Source: Eledone cirrhosa
Taxonomy: Eukaryota
NCBI GenBank assembly: GCA_964016885.1
Contig: OZ024741.1
Coordinates: 347,758,001 to 347,822,000, forward strand
Direction: 5' to 3'
Length of the DNA stretch: 64,000 bases
Made by a program: the position numbers and the translations under genes. This document shows positions 1 through 13,124 of this stretch, in pieces (the stretch's first letter is position 1; each line of letters opens with the position of its first letter). The notes under the pieces are model-generated. The model ran no database searches. It was not told where the DNA came from and saw only the letters and a program-made list of their open reading frames with translations.

Positions 1-28
1 ATAGAGCATTTCTGACGGAAATACTTCA

Positions 29-29
<1 letters not shown>

Positions 30-88
<59 letters not shown>

Positions 89-124
89 CATATATATATA
101 TATATATGTGAACGTATGTATATT

Positions 125-214
<90 letters not shown>

Positions 215-215
215 A

Positions 216-294
<79 letters not shown>

Positions 295-476
295 CGTATG
301 TATATATATACATATACGTATGTATGTATATACATATATACGTATGTATATATATATATATGTTTATATATACATACGTATATATATATGCATATATATG
401 TATATACATATATATATATACATACGTATATATATATGTATATATGTATATATATATATATATACGTATATAATAC

Positions 477-543
<67 letters not shown>

Positions 544-593
544 AATATATATATATATACTGTATATATATATATATATACTGTATATATATA
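30..593. repeat. (TA)n microsatellite with TAC/TG interruptions; representative of dozens of (TA)n, (CA)n and (GA)n tracts in the window
   Basis: Dinucleotide periodicity seen directly; explains the YIYI/HTHT/LSLS pseudo-ORFs. Confidence 0.98.
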
Positions 594-1079
<486 letters not shown>

Positions 1080-1080
1080 T

Positions 1081-1732
1081 GTAACAGTTTCGTGTGGCGC
1101 CATTTTGTGATTTGAACTCGATAATTTTAAATTCTCCGAGTGAGAAAAGCCTTCTGACGATGATCTCTTTCTCAATAAAAATCCGCCTGGATTATCTATT
1201 TATTTTGGAATCGGAAACCGCGGTAAAGGCACATATAGTAAGTGCAGTGAATTTTTTGAAATTTATTTTAAAACTTATTCTCCATTTGTTTGACCTTGAT
1301 TTTATATAATCTGGGTTGTTAATTTATTAACTTGCCATTGAATCACACTGGCATACGGTTGGAAAATACTTGTAACCATATGCGTATTATTTACCTTTAG
1401 GAATATATACTTTTATTATTATTCCCTCCTACGGTTGAGAAACCTTTGGTCGTTTGAACGGCTGGTATTTTTAGTAGCCGTACATTGACCTGTCAGCTAG
1501 CCTTTGTCTTTGCACACGGTACCAGACAGAATTGTTTTTCTCTCATTCACTCTCATTCGGGAACAGTATTGTGTGGCGTCAGTTTGTGATTTGAACTCGA
1601 GAATGTTATATTCTCCGAGTGAGAAAGCCTTCTTACAATGATCTCTTTCTCAATAGAAATCCATTTGGATTATCTATTTATTTTGGGATGGGAAACTGCG
1701 GTAAAGGCACATAGAGTAAGTACAGTGTTTCT
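1081..1732 (+). mobile_element. HHR-containing ~480-bp unit, about 1.3 tandem copies (family A pLTR/retrozyme-like)
   Basis: 1083-1250 repeated at 1562-1730; shares motifs with 7771-8560. Confidence 0.8.
1149..1230 (+). ncRNA. Type I hammerhead ribozyme
   Basis: gcctt CTGACGA [long helix II region] GAAA ccgcgg TA aaggc; the copy at ~1627-1708 has a mutated core. Confidence 0.8.
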
Positions 1733-1734
1733 TT

Positions 1735-2958
1735 ACAGTGTACAACACTTACTTCATCTTCCACCTCCACACATTCAGACAGACAACAGGATTGCGCATG
1801 GGATCCAGCCTATCGGGCCTGCTGGCCATCACCTATATGAACCAGCTAGAATGCCGAGCCCTCAACACCTGCCATTCCGATCCCTTTTTCACCCGATATA
1901 TAGATGACATACTCATCCTTACATCATCCCGTGAGGAAGCGGATAAAATATACACGATATTCTCCAGCATGGACGCCAGTATAAAGTTCAGCATGGAACA
2001 CCCCGATTACTGCGGATCTCTATACATACTGGACTTAAAACTCAGGGTAACAGAGGAAGGCAACATCCACAACTGCTTCTATAAAAAAGCCGCCAGGAGG
2101 GACCTGTTCATACATTTCAGATCGGCCGTCCCAGCCAGCGCTAAGTTCGGATACATAAGGAACGAACGAACACGTACCCGGTACAACCACACCGACGCAT
2201 GAGACCGACACACACACACCACACCTTTCTCGGAAGTACTTAAACTGAACGGATACCCGACGTCCACCGCGAACCGTGCTAGAACATAACAGTTTGGATA
2301 GAAGCTAAGGAAAGAAACCTCGGTAATCTTAGAATTCAGGAAGCACTGATTATAGACACAACACAACCACCAATCAATAATAGTCTAGAACACAACACAC
2401 AATTTTTAACATGATTGAGCACCTAGCCCCGCACTTACACCCCCCTCACACATGCACACGCACACGCACACACACACAAACACACACATACGCTTACACA
2501 TCCACTTATTCTCTCTCTCACACACACGCACACACAAAGACCAGTTTTAACATGATAGAGTATCTAGACCCCACATTTACATATAGACATATCCTCTCAC
2601 ACTCACACACGCACACACACACACGCATATTTACGCCTTCACATATTCTCCAACACACTTAAACATACATGTACAAAATCCCTTTTAAAGGGAGACAGCT
2701 CTTTATCCATCTAACCTTCACTCTTTGACATTAGAGATAGAATGGAATCTCTATACCATTTCCTGTCAGTATGACTTGGCAAGCTAATTAGAACACTGGG
2801 TTAGCCCCTTTACTTCCCTCCGAAGAAGAGATATTATCTTGAAAATTAAGGATATTTAAATAAATTTAAGGTAAAAGACTAATTGTCAACAATATCTTTT
2901 GCATTTACATTTATATCTATATCCATACCTGCATTGTCTTGGCCTTTCAACTCCAAAC

Positions 2959-2960
<2 letters not shown>
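1735..2960 (+). pseudogene. Truncated Penelope/Poseidon-like PLE: RT palm/thumb remnant, GIY-YIG tail and 3' region
   Basis: ORF 1738-2202 has GLRMGSSLSGLLA, FTRYIDD, IKFSME, YKK..R motifs; degenerate HHR-like CCGAAGA...GAAAatTA at 2817-2851. Confidence 0.85.
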
Positions 2961-3048
<88 letters not shown>

Positions 3049-3279
3049 ATGTGTATGAAATTATTTCTCACGAGTCAGTTCTGTCGTTGCTACGGACCCC
3101 GGCTGAATTACAGGTCGCTGTCTTCATTTTGCAAAGACCTTTAAACTGTATCTTTTTACTCTGAGGTCCTATACTTTGACGACTGCCTGGCTGCTGCAGT
3201 GCTGAAAGCATTCGCCGGCTTAGCTGAGGCCCTGACTTCGAATATGCTGTACTTCCATTTGTATATATATATATATGGC

Positions 3280-3520
3280 AAGTAAGAATGTTTTGCAACA
3301 GTGATCAGGTTTGAAATTAAAAAATAGAATAGCTTTCACCGTATTTTTGACTAAAGGAATGTTAGCCTGATAACGGGGTTTAGAACCCTCAGATAAATGG
3401 AAAAAGATGAGTATTGACGTACATGTACGTCAATAATCATCTTTTCCCATTTATCTGAGGTTTCTAAACCCCATTATCAGGCTAAAATTTGTTTAGCCAA
3501 AAATACGGTGAAAGCTATTA
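3280..3520. repeat. Fold-back copy of the 260-bp tRNA-like unit family
   Basis: Arms of ~95 bp centred on gacgtacatgtacgtc (~3423); homologous to 59466-59840. Confidence 0.85.
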
Positions 3521-3811
3521 TATATATATATACACATAGTATGCTTATATAATATATACATTTACATATAATTATCAAGCTTAAAGAACATGGAATTTTG
3601 AGGAGCTGCTTTCACCAAAGCACCCACCTGTTCAACGCGTACACAGACAAATGGACCCCAAGGGACACTGAAACCCCGCCTAAAAATAGCACATATTACA
3701 CAACTTTATTCAGGACTACAACACACAAACAAGCTAATTGAGGCTGATATGAAGAACTTCCCCTATTTATATATGTATGTATGTATTTGTGTATCTTTAC
3801 TTGCTTTTTTA

Positions 3812-3862
<51 letters not shown>

Positions 3863-3894
3863 AGATCAAAGGATGGTTAAAGGAGTTCCATATA

Positions 3895-3961
3895 TTTTAT
3901 TATGCGCATTTCAAAACCAAACATCATCAAGCAATAATATTTGTGTTTTCATCAGATAAAA
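3895..3961 (-). ncRNA. Type I hammerhead ribozyme in the 3' pLTR of the PLE
   Basis: ttttat CTGATGA aaac...gtttt GAAA tgcgca TA ataaaa; second copy at 9993-10059 (-). Confidence 0.85.
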
Positions 3962-4120
3962 CAGGAGAACATGATATGAAGGCTAAAAAAAAAAAAAAAC
4001 ACTTGTTGATAGTGCAGTTTTAAATCAACATATGAAAAGTGGTTTTAGATTGATGTGTGATATTGGGAAAAATATTTTATTTAGAGAGGGGGGGGGGGGA
4101 GGATGAAAAGGGAAGGAGAT

Positions 4121-4480
4121 GAGAGGGAGAGATGGGTGATAGAGAGAAAGAGATAGTTTTTATAACTGAGAAGAGATATATTTTTTACATAGAGGGGTTG
4201 AAAACCGTTGGAAGATACTGTATAAATTGAAAATTTTGAAAATTAACGAAGGGAGGATATGTGCGAGGAAAAAATATTTTATTTAGGGAGGGTGGGGTGG
4301 AAAGGATGAAAAAAAGGGGGGAGGAGATGAGAGTGAAGGTGGAGAGGGAGAGATGGGTGATAGAGAGAAAGAGATAGTTTTTATAACTGAGAAAAAGATA
4401 TATTGTTTTAACATAGAGAGGTTGGGAACCGTTGGAAGATAATGTATAAATTAAAGGAATTTGAAAATTAACGAAGGGAA
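4121..4480. repeat. ~221-bp-period direct duplication in the PLE 3' UTR
   Basis: gagagggagagatgggtgatagagagaaagagatagtttttataactgag at 4121 and 4342. Confidence 0.85.
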
Positions 4481-4972
4481 ATTATGTATGAAGATAGAGA
4501 GACAAAAATAATAATTGTGGGTGAATATTCTAACGTCAAAAGAAGAAATGTATGTATTGTGGCAATTTCAAAATTAGCGAAGAGAAAAATTGTTAAGGTA
4601 GAAGGATTTGAGAAGTGTAGAAGGATTTGTGAAAAATAATGTGAAGTTAAAGTTTGTATATTGAATTGATATGTATTAATAATGAGTTCGTTGATGGGGA
4701 GAAAAAAAAAAAATAATAATAATAAATTAAGGATGAAATTGAGATTAAAAAGATTTATGATAGAGAGAAAAAATAATAATGATTGCGGATGAATATTCAA
4801 AATGTCAAAAACAAATGTTATTATTTTACGAGAAGATAGAATGAGGGTAATGAGTAAACAAGTATTATAGAGTGTATAATGCCCTTTAAAGTAAGGTAGA
4901 TGGGTATATTTTAAAGAGGTGTATGTATATGTGCCTTTGAGAAAAGATTCTAAATTGATAAAGAATTGAATA

Positions 4973-7435
4973 TTAACTGTATACTTTGTGAAAAGTCCTA
5001 TGGAATTTATGCAGGCAGATAGAAAACAAATCGGAGCGTCTATTTATTATAGATTCTAGGTTAGAGATAATGGTAAATTTTTCATTTAGGCAGAGATTAC
5101 AGATTTTAGATAGAGAGCTGTTCAAGTATGAGGATGCAGAAGAAATCTTTTTCCAAAAGATGTTATATTTAATGTTTTTGTCTTTTAAGGACCATATGAG
5201 TTCTGAGAGAGCAGTGTTAGTTCTTTTAAGTTTGTATTTGAAAGATGAATGATGATTATAGAGACGAGCTTTAAAAGAGGTGGAAGTGGAGCCAAAATAG
5301 GTGAAGGAATTGGTGCTAGTTATAATTTTACATTCATAAATTAAGTTTTTATCGAGGCAATGGTTGTTGAGAGGACATTTATTTTTAATGCGGCAGTTGC
5401 AATTAGAGAGATTATTAATGAGTGATCTAGTGTTATCTATAGAAGGAATTGGATTGGAGAAGTTGTTTGCGATAGGAATAATAGGAATAATAGTTTCTGG
5501 ATTTAGAGTTGGATTATGAACATTTAGCGAAGTTGTGTTTGACGTTGTATTTGGGTTTACAGAAGTTAGCCTAGGGTTTACAATGACGTCGGGAGTACTA
5601 TTACTGTTATTATGAAATTCAATATTGGAAGGAAGAGATTTAGTATTTAATATTTTGTTGTTGTGTTTAGAGATGATGTTGGAAATATTGGAGGATGTAG
5701 AATACGAAAATTTGATGGTGTGTTTGTTAAATATTTTACTATAGATATGTGAGGGAGGGAAGCATTTATTTAAGGCACTAAAAAATAATTTAGGAATATT
5801 GTTATTAATAGAGATGGAGAAAGGAGCATTATACCAGATTATGTTTTTGTATCTAGGTCTTTTATTAAAATTATTGGAATGGTCAAGATTAATTATCCTA
5901 CTGTAAGTTTTCCTAGAATTTGTTTCTTTATTATATTTGATTTTATCTGGATAGCCGGCTTTAGAAAGTGCGTTATTATAGTAATTGGCGTTAGCATCAA
6001 AGATGTTTTTATTAGAAGATATGTTAGATATTCTATTTCCAATATTATTAACTATAGCATTCTTGATATTGGTAGGATGGTTAGATTTAAAGTTAACATA
6101 ATTAAGATTCTCATTGTTTTTATGGTAAGGGTTTTTATGGCCAGTGTCAAGATTAAGAGATACATCCAAGAAATTAGCTAGTTTGATACTATTATCAAAT
6201 TCCATTTTTAGGTTATGTTGGTTAAAGAGATTACGTATATTGTTCTTAATAATATTAAGTTTAACTATATTGCAATTTAGGATAGTAAAGAGTCCATCGT
6301 CACGATAAATTCCACCGCGAAGTTGAGGAATTTTCCGACTCAAAGAGTTCAAAATGAAGATACCAATTAAATCAGTCAATTGGGATGAATCGGATGCTCC
6401 CATTGTGATGTCGAAGTTGTTAGAGGTATCGGCTCTGGTCCAATATTCGTTGTTGAACTCTAGGATGGTTTTACGTGCGGTGAGGATGATGTGAAGTTCA
6501 TCTGTGGTGATGTCAGAATATTTAAGTGCGAAAGATAGAGCATTATTGAGAAGTGAAGGCGAAATGGGGGAATAGTAGCTGGCAATATCGAATTGAATAA
6601 ATTTTAGTTTGTTTTTATTATCCAATTTGTTGAACCAGCCAATCACTTCAGAAGTACCAAACCATAAATTTAGGTTTATAGAAGAGCAATTAGAACTAAC
6701 CTGTGGGATAATCCTATCCAAGGTGGCTTTACTAACAACCCCCAGATCAGATTTAGAGGGGGCGATTAATCTAACAGGTATTTCAGTGCGAAAATTGTTT
6801 TTGTGATCCTTGAGATTTATCCTCGGAGTTCTTGGGAGGAATGGTTCGGTCTTTTTTTCAATGCCAAGTTTTGACATAATCTCATAGGCTTCAAGGTTTA
6901 TGCATTCTAAATTTTCATGGTTGGTTTTACGATACTTTTTCCTAAGTTCCTTTAGGATAAGGTTGTTATAATTATCCTTGGAAATACCATATAGGTTATT
7001 GGTTTTGTCAGAGTGGACTAAAACATTTTTTGAGGAATTTAGGTTAGAGATTGTGTTCTTGAGATTTACAAGGTGCTCTTGTCCTTTGTAAGGGTATCTC
7101 TTGAATTTAAGATTTTTTATTATTTTAGTTAATTCTTCCTCGAATTGTGCTAGATTTTTGTTGGAAGGAGGATTTCGTCTAGAATTAAAAAGATGATCGA
7201 GGAAGTTGTGTTCTTTGGTATGAAAGTTCCCTTTTAGGCGCTGGTCATAGAAATAGGCTGTCCATCTAAGTCTTCTTACGAAGGAGTCAGTTTTTTCAAT
7301 AAGAAGTTTGGTGAATTCGGATTTACCAGGTATAGAAATGTCTTTAGTTGAATTTGTTATGTTGTAATAATCCATGTTGTAGAAGAAGAGGTGAAGGACC
7401 ATCAAAAGGTATCCAATATGAGAGTAAGCGCTCAA
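4973..7435 (-). CDS. PLE reverse transcriptase + C-terminal GIY-YIG endonuclease (likely ATG at 7401 or 7375)
   Basis: RT motifs QFDIASYY, ITMGASDS, GIYRDDGL, NFLDVSLNL, YVNFKSNHP; linker CNCx5C; EN LIYEC..YFGST..FKARLYNH, CNLCLNEK, CLH. Confidence 0.95.
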   Translation of the reverse strand: MSAYSHIGYLLMVLHLFFYNMDYYNITNSTKDISIPGKSEFTKLLIEKTDSFVRRLRWTAYFYDQRLKGNFHTKEHNFLDHLFNSRRNPPSNKNLAQFEEELTKIIKNLKFKRYPYKGQEHLVNLKNTISNLNSSKNVLVHSDKTNNLYGISKDNYNNLILKELRKKYRKTNHENLECINLEAYEIMSKLGIEKKTEPFLPRTPRINLKDHKNNFRTEIPVRLIAPSKSDLGVVSKATLDRIIPQVSSNCSSINLNLWFGTSEVIGWFNKLDNKNKLKFIQFDIASYYSPISPSLLNNALSFALKYSDITTDELHIILTARKTILEFNNEYWTRADTSNNFDITMGASDSSQLTDLIGIFILNSLSRKIPQLRGGIYRDDGLFTILNCNIVKLNIIKNNIRNLFNQHNLKMEFDNSIKLANFLDVSLNLDTGHKNPYHKNNENLNYVNFKSNHPTNIKNAIVNNIGNRISNISSNKNIFDANANYYNNALSKAGYPDKIKYNKETNSRKTYSRIINLDHSNNFNKRPRYKNIIWYNAPFSISINNNIPKLFFSALNKCFPPSHIYSKIFNKHTIKFSYSTSSNISNIISKHNNKILNTKSLPSNIEFHNNSNSTPDVIVNPRLTSVNPNTTSNTTSLNVHNPTLNPETIIPIIPIANNFSNPIPSIDNTRSLINNLSNCNCRIKNKCPLNNHCLDKNLIYECKIITSTNSFTYFGSTSTSFKARLYNHHSSFKYKLKRTNTALSELIWSLKDKNIKYNIFWKKISSASSYLNSSLSKICNLCLNEKFTIISNLESIINRRSDLFSICLHKFHRTFHKVYS

Positions 7436-7534
7436 CCGTTAAGGAGCAAGTTAATGTAGGAGGTGAATTTTATTGTAGTACAATAAAGCAATGCAGATAT
7501 CGGATAAGAAGCACTCTACAGTTTATATATATAT

Positions 7535-8560
7535 ATATAAACAAGGTTTAGCAAATAATGAAAAAGTTTCAAAATAAATTTTAAAAAATTGACTTTACCT
7601 ACTATAGTTACCTTTACCGATCGGTTTCGAATCCCAAAAATAAACGGAGACCATACGGCCTTCGTTGCAAAGAAAGATTCTCGTCAGAAGGTTCTTTTCA
7701 TTCGAAGAATATAAAATTCCTGAATTTAAATTACGAACTAGCGCTATCAAAACTGTTCCTGGGATGAGAGTAATTTAAATTCAGGAATGTTATATTCTTC
7801 GTATGAAAAGAACCTTCTGACGAGAATCTTTCTTTGCAACGAAGGCCGTATGGTCTCCGTTTATTTTGGGGATTCGAAACCGATCGGTAAAGGTAACTAT
7901 AGTAGGTAAAGTCAATTTTTTAAAATTTATTTTGAAACTTTTTCATTGTTTGCTAAACCTTGTTTATATTTGTTCTGGCTCGTTAATTTATTAACCTGCC
8001 ATTGAACCACACTGGCATTTGGTTGGACAATACATGCGTACCTTAGCGCCTTGTGCGTGAAGGAACACATATCCTATTATTACACACTCCTCTAAGTTGA
8101 GAACAAATTTGGTCGTTCCGACTGCTGCTAGTGATAGCTGCGGCTGGTTTGACCTACCTCCTTCTGCCTCTATCTTTACTTCGGCCCTTGATAAACCTGT
8201 TTCTACATCATCCACTCTCATCCCAGGAACAGTTTTGATAGCGCTAGTTCGTAATTTAAATTCAGGAATTTTATATTCTTCGAATGAAAAGAACCTTCTG
8301 ACGAGATTCTTTCTTTGCAACGAAGGCCGTATAGTCTCCGTTTATTTTTGGGATTCGAAACCGATCGGTAAAGGTAACTATAGCAGGTAAAGTCAATTTT
8401 TTAAAATTTATTTTGAAACTTTTTCATTATTTGCTAAACCTTGTTTATATTTGTTCTGGCTCGTTAATTTATTAACCTGCCATTGAACCACACTGGCATT
8501 TGGTTGGACAATACATGCGTACCTTAGCGCCTTGTGCGTGAAGGAACACATATCCTATTA
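7535..8560. mobile_element. 481-bp HHR unit (family A): inverted partial copy plus ~1.6 tandem copies, non-coding
   Basis: 7535-7770 is the reverse complement of the unit; 7771-8080 recurs at 8252-8560; HHRs at 7610-7692(-), 7812-7894(+), 8293-8375(+). Confidence 0.92.
7812..7894 (+). ncRNA. Type I hammerhead ribozyme
   Basis: acctt CTGACGA gaatc...gattc GAAA ccgatcgg TA aaggt. Confidence 0.9.
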
Positions 8561-9139
8561 TATATATATATATATGTATATATGAGGGTATGTCAGTGTA
8601 AGAATTTGTGCAATTAGGGGTCTTCGTGTATGTGTGTGTACATATATATTCCTATGTATGCTCACTTAACTATATGGAATAGTGTTTTTACCTATGAATA
8701 AACCTGTAAACTTATGAGTGTATGCAGATGTGTTTGTGTATGAACGATTATGTGTGCAATTGTAAATACATGCTCACAGACGCGTGCATATTCGAGCGCA
8801 TATCCACGCATGCACATGTGCACGCGATTATGTGTGCAATTATTAGGGTGTGCAGGCATGTGTTTATGTGGGCGAATACTTGTGTATATGTGTACAGTGG
8901 CGCTGGTGTATACACGCGTTCGTTTCTGTGGGTGAGAACATGCGTGTCTGTGTCTCCGCATATGAAAACACAGTGCTCATATGTTTGTATATATACGCCC
9001 ACCTGCACCTATATATATAAAATATTAACTATATATATATATATATATATACACATTCCTAATTGTTTATCTGTATATGCTATGTGTGTATATATATTTA
9101 TGAGTGTGCATCGATATGTACGCTGTTCCTATATATGTT

Positions 9140-9902
9140 CCCTCTGACCACTTCCGCACTACCACACCAGGATTTGACACCACCGATCATCGTTCCAGCT
9201 ATCCATTCTACGACAAGTGAAATCTCTAATCCTGTCTTACACTCCATTGAATTATCTTAGGAACATACACACGAACAAACACTTACATTGTTTTCGAACC
9301 ACGCCCCCTACATCCACACCACATATAAACACAAACACACACGTGCGTATCCCCATATACACACACTCAGGCCCCGGACTCCACACGCCACCTCCCCCAC
9401 CCTTCTCCATCCACACACACGCACACACCAGTTTCCCTATTACCTGAACATAGAACCTCGTTCTTCCCCCAACTCTCACATTCACACACAACACACCACA
9501 CACAACACACACACACACGTACACATACACCTATACACAAACACCACCTTCAGCCCCATCCACATCCCCCCATCCCTCTCCCCTCTCCAGCACCCATCCA
9601 CCCACCAACACCTCTACACGCCTCACACCCTTTCACCCCTTGTTTATTTTTGTTTTTATTTTTATTTATATTTGTATTTTTAAAACATTTCCTTTACTCT
9701 CTAAAAATATTGTCCCACCCCCCTTTTTAAATGTCTTTCCACCTCTGTCCCACACACCTTCGGAACTCGCTTCCTACCTACTGTTCTCCTGATGAAGGGC
9801 TTATGCGCGAAACGCCGTCCCCCACCCTCACTCTCAAGCGTGAAGCTAAAAACCATACAATTTGTACTGCCTCTCTGTTTTTTGTTCTCTGTACATTTAT
9901 TC

Positions 9903-9905
<3 letters not shown>
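9140..9905 (+). mobile_element. 3' end of a PLE-like repeat with an HHR-like core
   Basis: CTGATGA agggcttatgcgc GAAA at 9789-9812; homologous to 15883-16352 (-); helix I/III not intact. Confidence 0.6.
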
Positions 9906-9954
<49 letters not shown>

Positions 9955-9960
<6 letters not shown>

Positions 9961-10221
9961 AGAACAAAAGATGGTTAAAAGAGTTCCATGTATTTTATTA
10001 TGCGCATTTCAAAAACAAATATCATCATGCAATAATATTTGTGTTTTCATCAGATAAAACAGGAAGACATGATATGAAGGTTAAAAAACACTTGTGAACA
10101 GTGCAGTTTTAAATCAATATTTTGTTCTTATATATTATGTATACTCCAGTCCTACAAACTGTAGAGTGCTTCTTATCCGATATCTGCATTGCTTTATTGT
10201 ACTACAATAAAACTCACCTCC

Positions 10222-10226
<5 letters not shown>
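9955..10226. mobile_element. Short inverted remnant of the 3858-7523 PLE family (pLTR on -, leader on +)
   Basis: 9958-10118 matches 3860-4030; 10156-10226 is the reverse complement of 7453-7523. Confidence 0.88.
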
Positions 10227-10303
<77 letters not shown>

Positions 10304-10318
10304 GGGGGGAGAGAGAAA

Positions 10319-10864
10319 TTATATAGAAATTACATGAATCAAAGTTCTGTTTAAACCATTTATTCGCTTACAATTGTTTCTTCCAAATGGAGGTTTCGAG
10401 TCTTCGGAGCAATTTTTCAATGATTTTTTACATACTTGACCTCCTTTCCAACACAAGAGACATATAGAAACATATGTATATTTTGATGCACATTGGGTTG
10501 ACATCCATTATAATAATATAATGGATGTCAACCCACTGTGCATCAATATATACATATGTTTCTATATGTCTCTTGTGTTGGGAAGGAGGTCAAGTATGTA
10601 AACAATCATTGAAAAATTGCTCCGAAGCCCCCAAACCTCGGTTTGGAAGAAACTATTGTAAGCGATTAAATGGTTTAAACAGAACTTTGATTCATGTAAT
10701 TTCTATATAACTGCTCTGTAGAACAACTGATGTTGTTACATTGAGCTATTTATCTTACTGGTAATAATGTATTAATAAATTACTGTCTTTCACTATTTAG
10801 GGTTTAAAACATATGTAACTATAAAAGGTTTTAGTATATACATAACCATAAATAGTATCCTTAA

Positions 10865-10870
<6 letters not shown>
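10319..10870. mobile_element. Fold-back element with CCGAAGA-core HHR
   Basis: ~190-bp arms centred near 10514; ttgct CCGAAGA ... GAAA caattg TA agcga at 10364-10412(-); mutated copy at 10617-10665(+). Confidence 0.8.
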
Positions 10871-10952
<82 letters not shown>

Positions 10953-11021
10953 AATACTTTATAAAGAAAGAAGAAACATTAGATATAATGAATAAGATAT
11001 ACTATACCTAAATTTCTCATG

Positions 11022-11115
11022 ATACTCGACTACGTAGTTTCGTGGCTTATTATGCAAGAACAGTACATCACAGAGATGCAGTATTTTGTGAGGCTTGCCG
11101 ACTTATCAAGAGGAT
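11022..11115 (-). ncRNA. Hammerhead-like motif with U3-A8 core (UUGAUAA)
   Basis: atcctc TTGATAA ... GAAA ctacgtag TC gagtat. Confidence 0.6.
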
Positions 11116-11670
11116 ACCTCATTTAGAGTTACAAAACACGCCTGTAGGACGCGAGATAGAATCCCGAAAGGCGGAGGGGGAGTCCATCACGTGATACAGC
11201 GGTCAAGAAACAGAGCTAAGCCTCTTACAACCTAGAGAAAAATACCACAAAAGGCGGAGAGGGTATTCATGTCAAGGCCGTAGAAGAGATGACTAGGAGG
11301 GCGAGAAGTTTGAGTAATGTAAGCTGTGATGCAGTCACTACACTTCAGTGGTTACTCTACCGTAGGGAGTTATAAACAATATAAAGAAATACACAGACAC
11401 ATGCGAATACATACAGAGCTAAGACTCTTACAACCAAGAGAAAAATACCACAAAAGATATATATGTATTTATAAAATAAAACATAATAAAATATATGGAA
11501 CTCCTTTAACCATCTTTTGATCTTATATTATGTATTTATATATATATATGTACTTGAGCACACAAACTGTGAATGAGTCTCTGTGCTGATGCATACACAC
11601 ATGCATACATGCCTAGATAACGACCCACATGTACATATATACACACACACACACATATATATATATAGGA

Positions 11671-11701
<31 letters not shown>

Positions 11702-11707
11702 TATATT

Positions 11708-12256
11708 TAAATTTCGTTTCTGGATTTGTTTATCAAGATTCTTTATCTGGAAACGTGTGTTGAAACCGATATTATTATACTTTGGGAGGGTCATGTTGCC
11801 AATAAGAAACACACGCACCAGTTGCTTCCACTCATATTTATTATAAATTAAATTATAAATTTAAAAATTATTAAATTTCCGGTTGGTTGGTTCGACCATC
11901 GGACGGTTGTTCATATATTGTCAACGTTCTTTTGTCACGCATTATGTGACCTCTGCAGTGACTGGTGGTACTTTACTTTGTTTTGTGCCTCTCCAGTGTT
12001 CTGTCCTACGTCATGTAGGACAGAACAAAGAGAAGCACAAACAAAGAAAAGTATCCCCAGTCACTGAAGAGGTCACAGCATGCGTGACGAACGCACTTTG
12101 ACAATATATGAACAACCGTCCGATTGTCGAACCAACCAACCAACCGGAAATTTATAAATTTTTAAATTTATAATTTAATTTATAATAAATTTGAGTGAAA
12201 GCAGCTGGTGCGTGTGTTTCTTATTGGCAACACAACCCTCCCAAAGTATAACAATA
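11708..12256. mobile_element. Head-to-head pLTR pair (family B), no ORF
   Basis: Arms centred near 12012; homologous to the pLTRs of 40030-43177; degenerate HHRs at 11920-11962(-) and 12060-12102(+). Confidence 0.85.
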
Positions 12257-12278
12257 TATATACATATATATATACACC

Positions 12279-12349
<71 letters not shown>

Positions 12350-12519
12350 CTTTGTGTGTGGGAGTGGGTGTGTATATATATGTGCATGTGAGTCGGTATC
12401 TAAGCATGTATGCATGTGTGTATGCATCAACACACATGCTATGTATGAGTCTGTGTGCTGATGCACATATATACATGTGAATGCGATAGTTTTATGTATA
12501 ACTTTTCATTATTACTCTT

Positions 12520-12697
12520 ACGGTGGATTAGCAGTATCAGTAGAGGGTCGGACGCCATGCTTTGACGCTTAGAGTTACGGCCCTTGCCATTCTCAGTTCA
12601 AATCCTGCTGAGGTTAACTTTGCCTTTCTGCCGTACGGGGTCAATAAAATAAAGTACCAGTAATGCACCGGGTACCAAAAAGTAGAAACAATTATTA
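12520..12697 (+). mobile_element. tRNA-derived SINE resembling the abundant octopus SINEs
   Basis: B-box-like agttcaaatcc, body gaggttaactttgcctttc..ggggtcaataaaataaagtaccagt, tail caaaaagtagaaacaattatt; several copies in window. Confidence 0.8.
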
Positions 12698-13093
12698 CTC
12701 CTATTACGCTGTGTATGAACGAATTCATTTATCAACTTATTCATTTAACTATTTACTTACTTGGTAGCCGCTGTCCACATATTGTAATTGTGATTGTCTC
12801 TTCTATACACTATTTATTATTATTGTATTTATTATCACGCTCTATATAAATGATTTCATACACATAATTATTTATTTATTTATAATTTCCTTGGTCGCCG
12901 TACTCATCATGTGTGTATTCTCACTAGGCGTTCATTTAATACTGGGTCATAGTAGTGTGATATAGCCCACACAGCCACGCAAGTACGGTCACCCTGCCAT
13001 TCAGCTTTTAGTTTACATAAAAGATAGATATTGAATGTCGGAGTCACATACAAAAACGCACGCATGTGCGCATGCACACACATATGAATGAGT

Positions 13094-13124
<31 letters not shown>

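Larger units (their letters stand above)
3858..7523 (-). mobile_element. Near monomer-length EN+ Penelope-like element (tentatively Hydra-clade-like) inserted in (TA)n
   Basis: Intact ORF, ~1.1 kb 3' region ending in an HHR-bearing pLTR, TA repeats at both ends; clade call from motif memory only. Confidence 0.92.

Noticed and set aside
7991-8390. 109-aa and 97-aa ORFs in the 481-bp unit
   Set aside because: Non-ATG starts, no recognisable domain, and no evident conservation in the relative at 1081-1560
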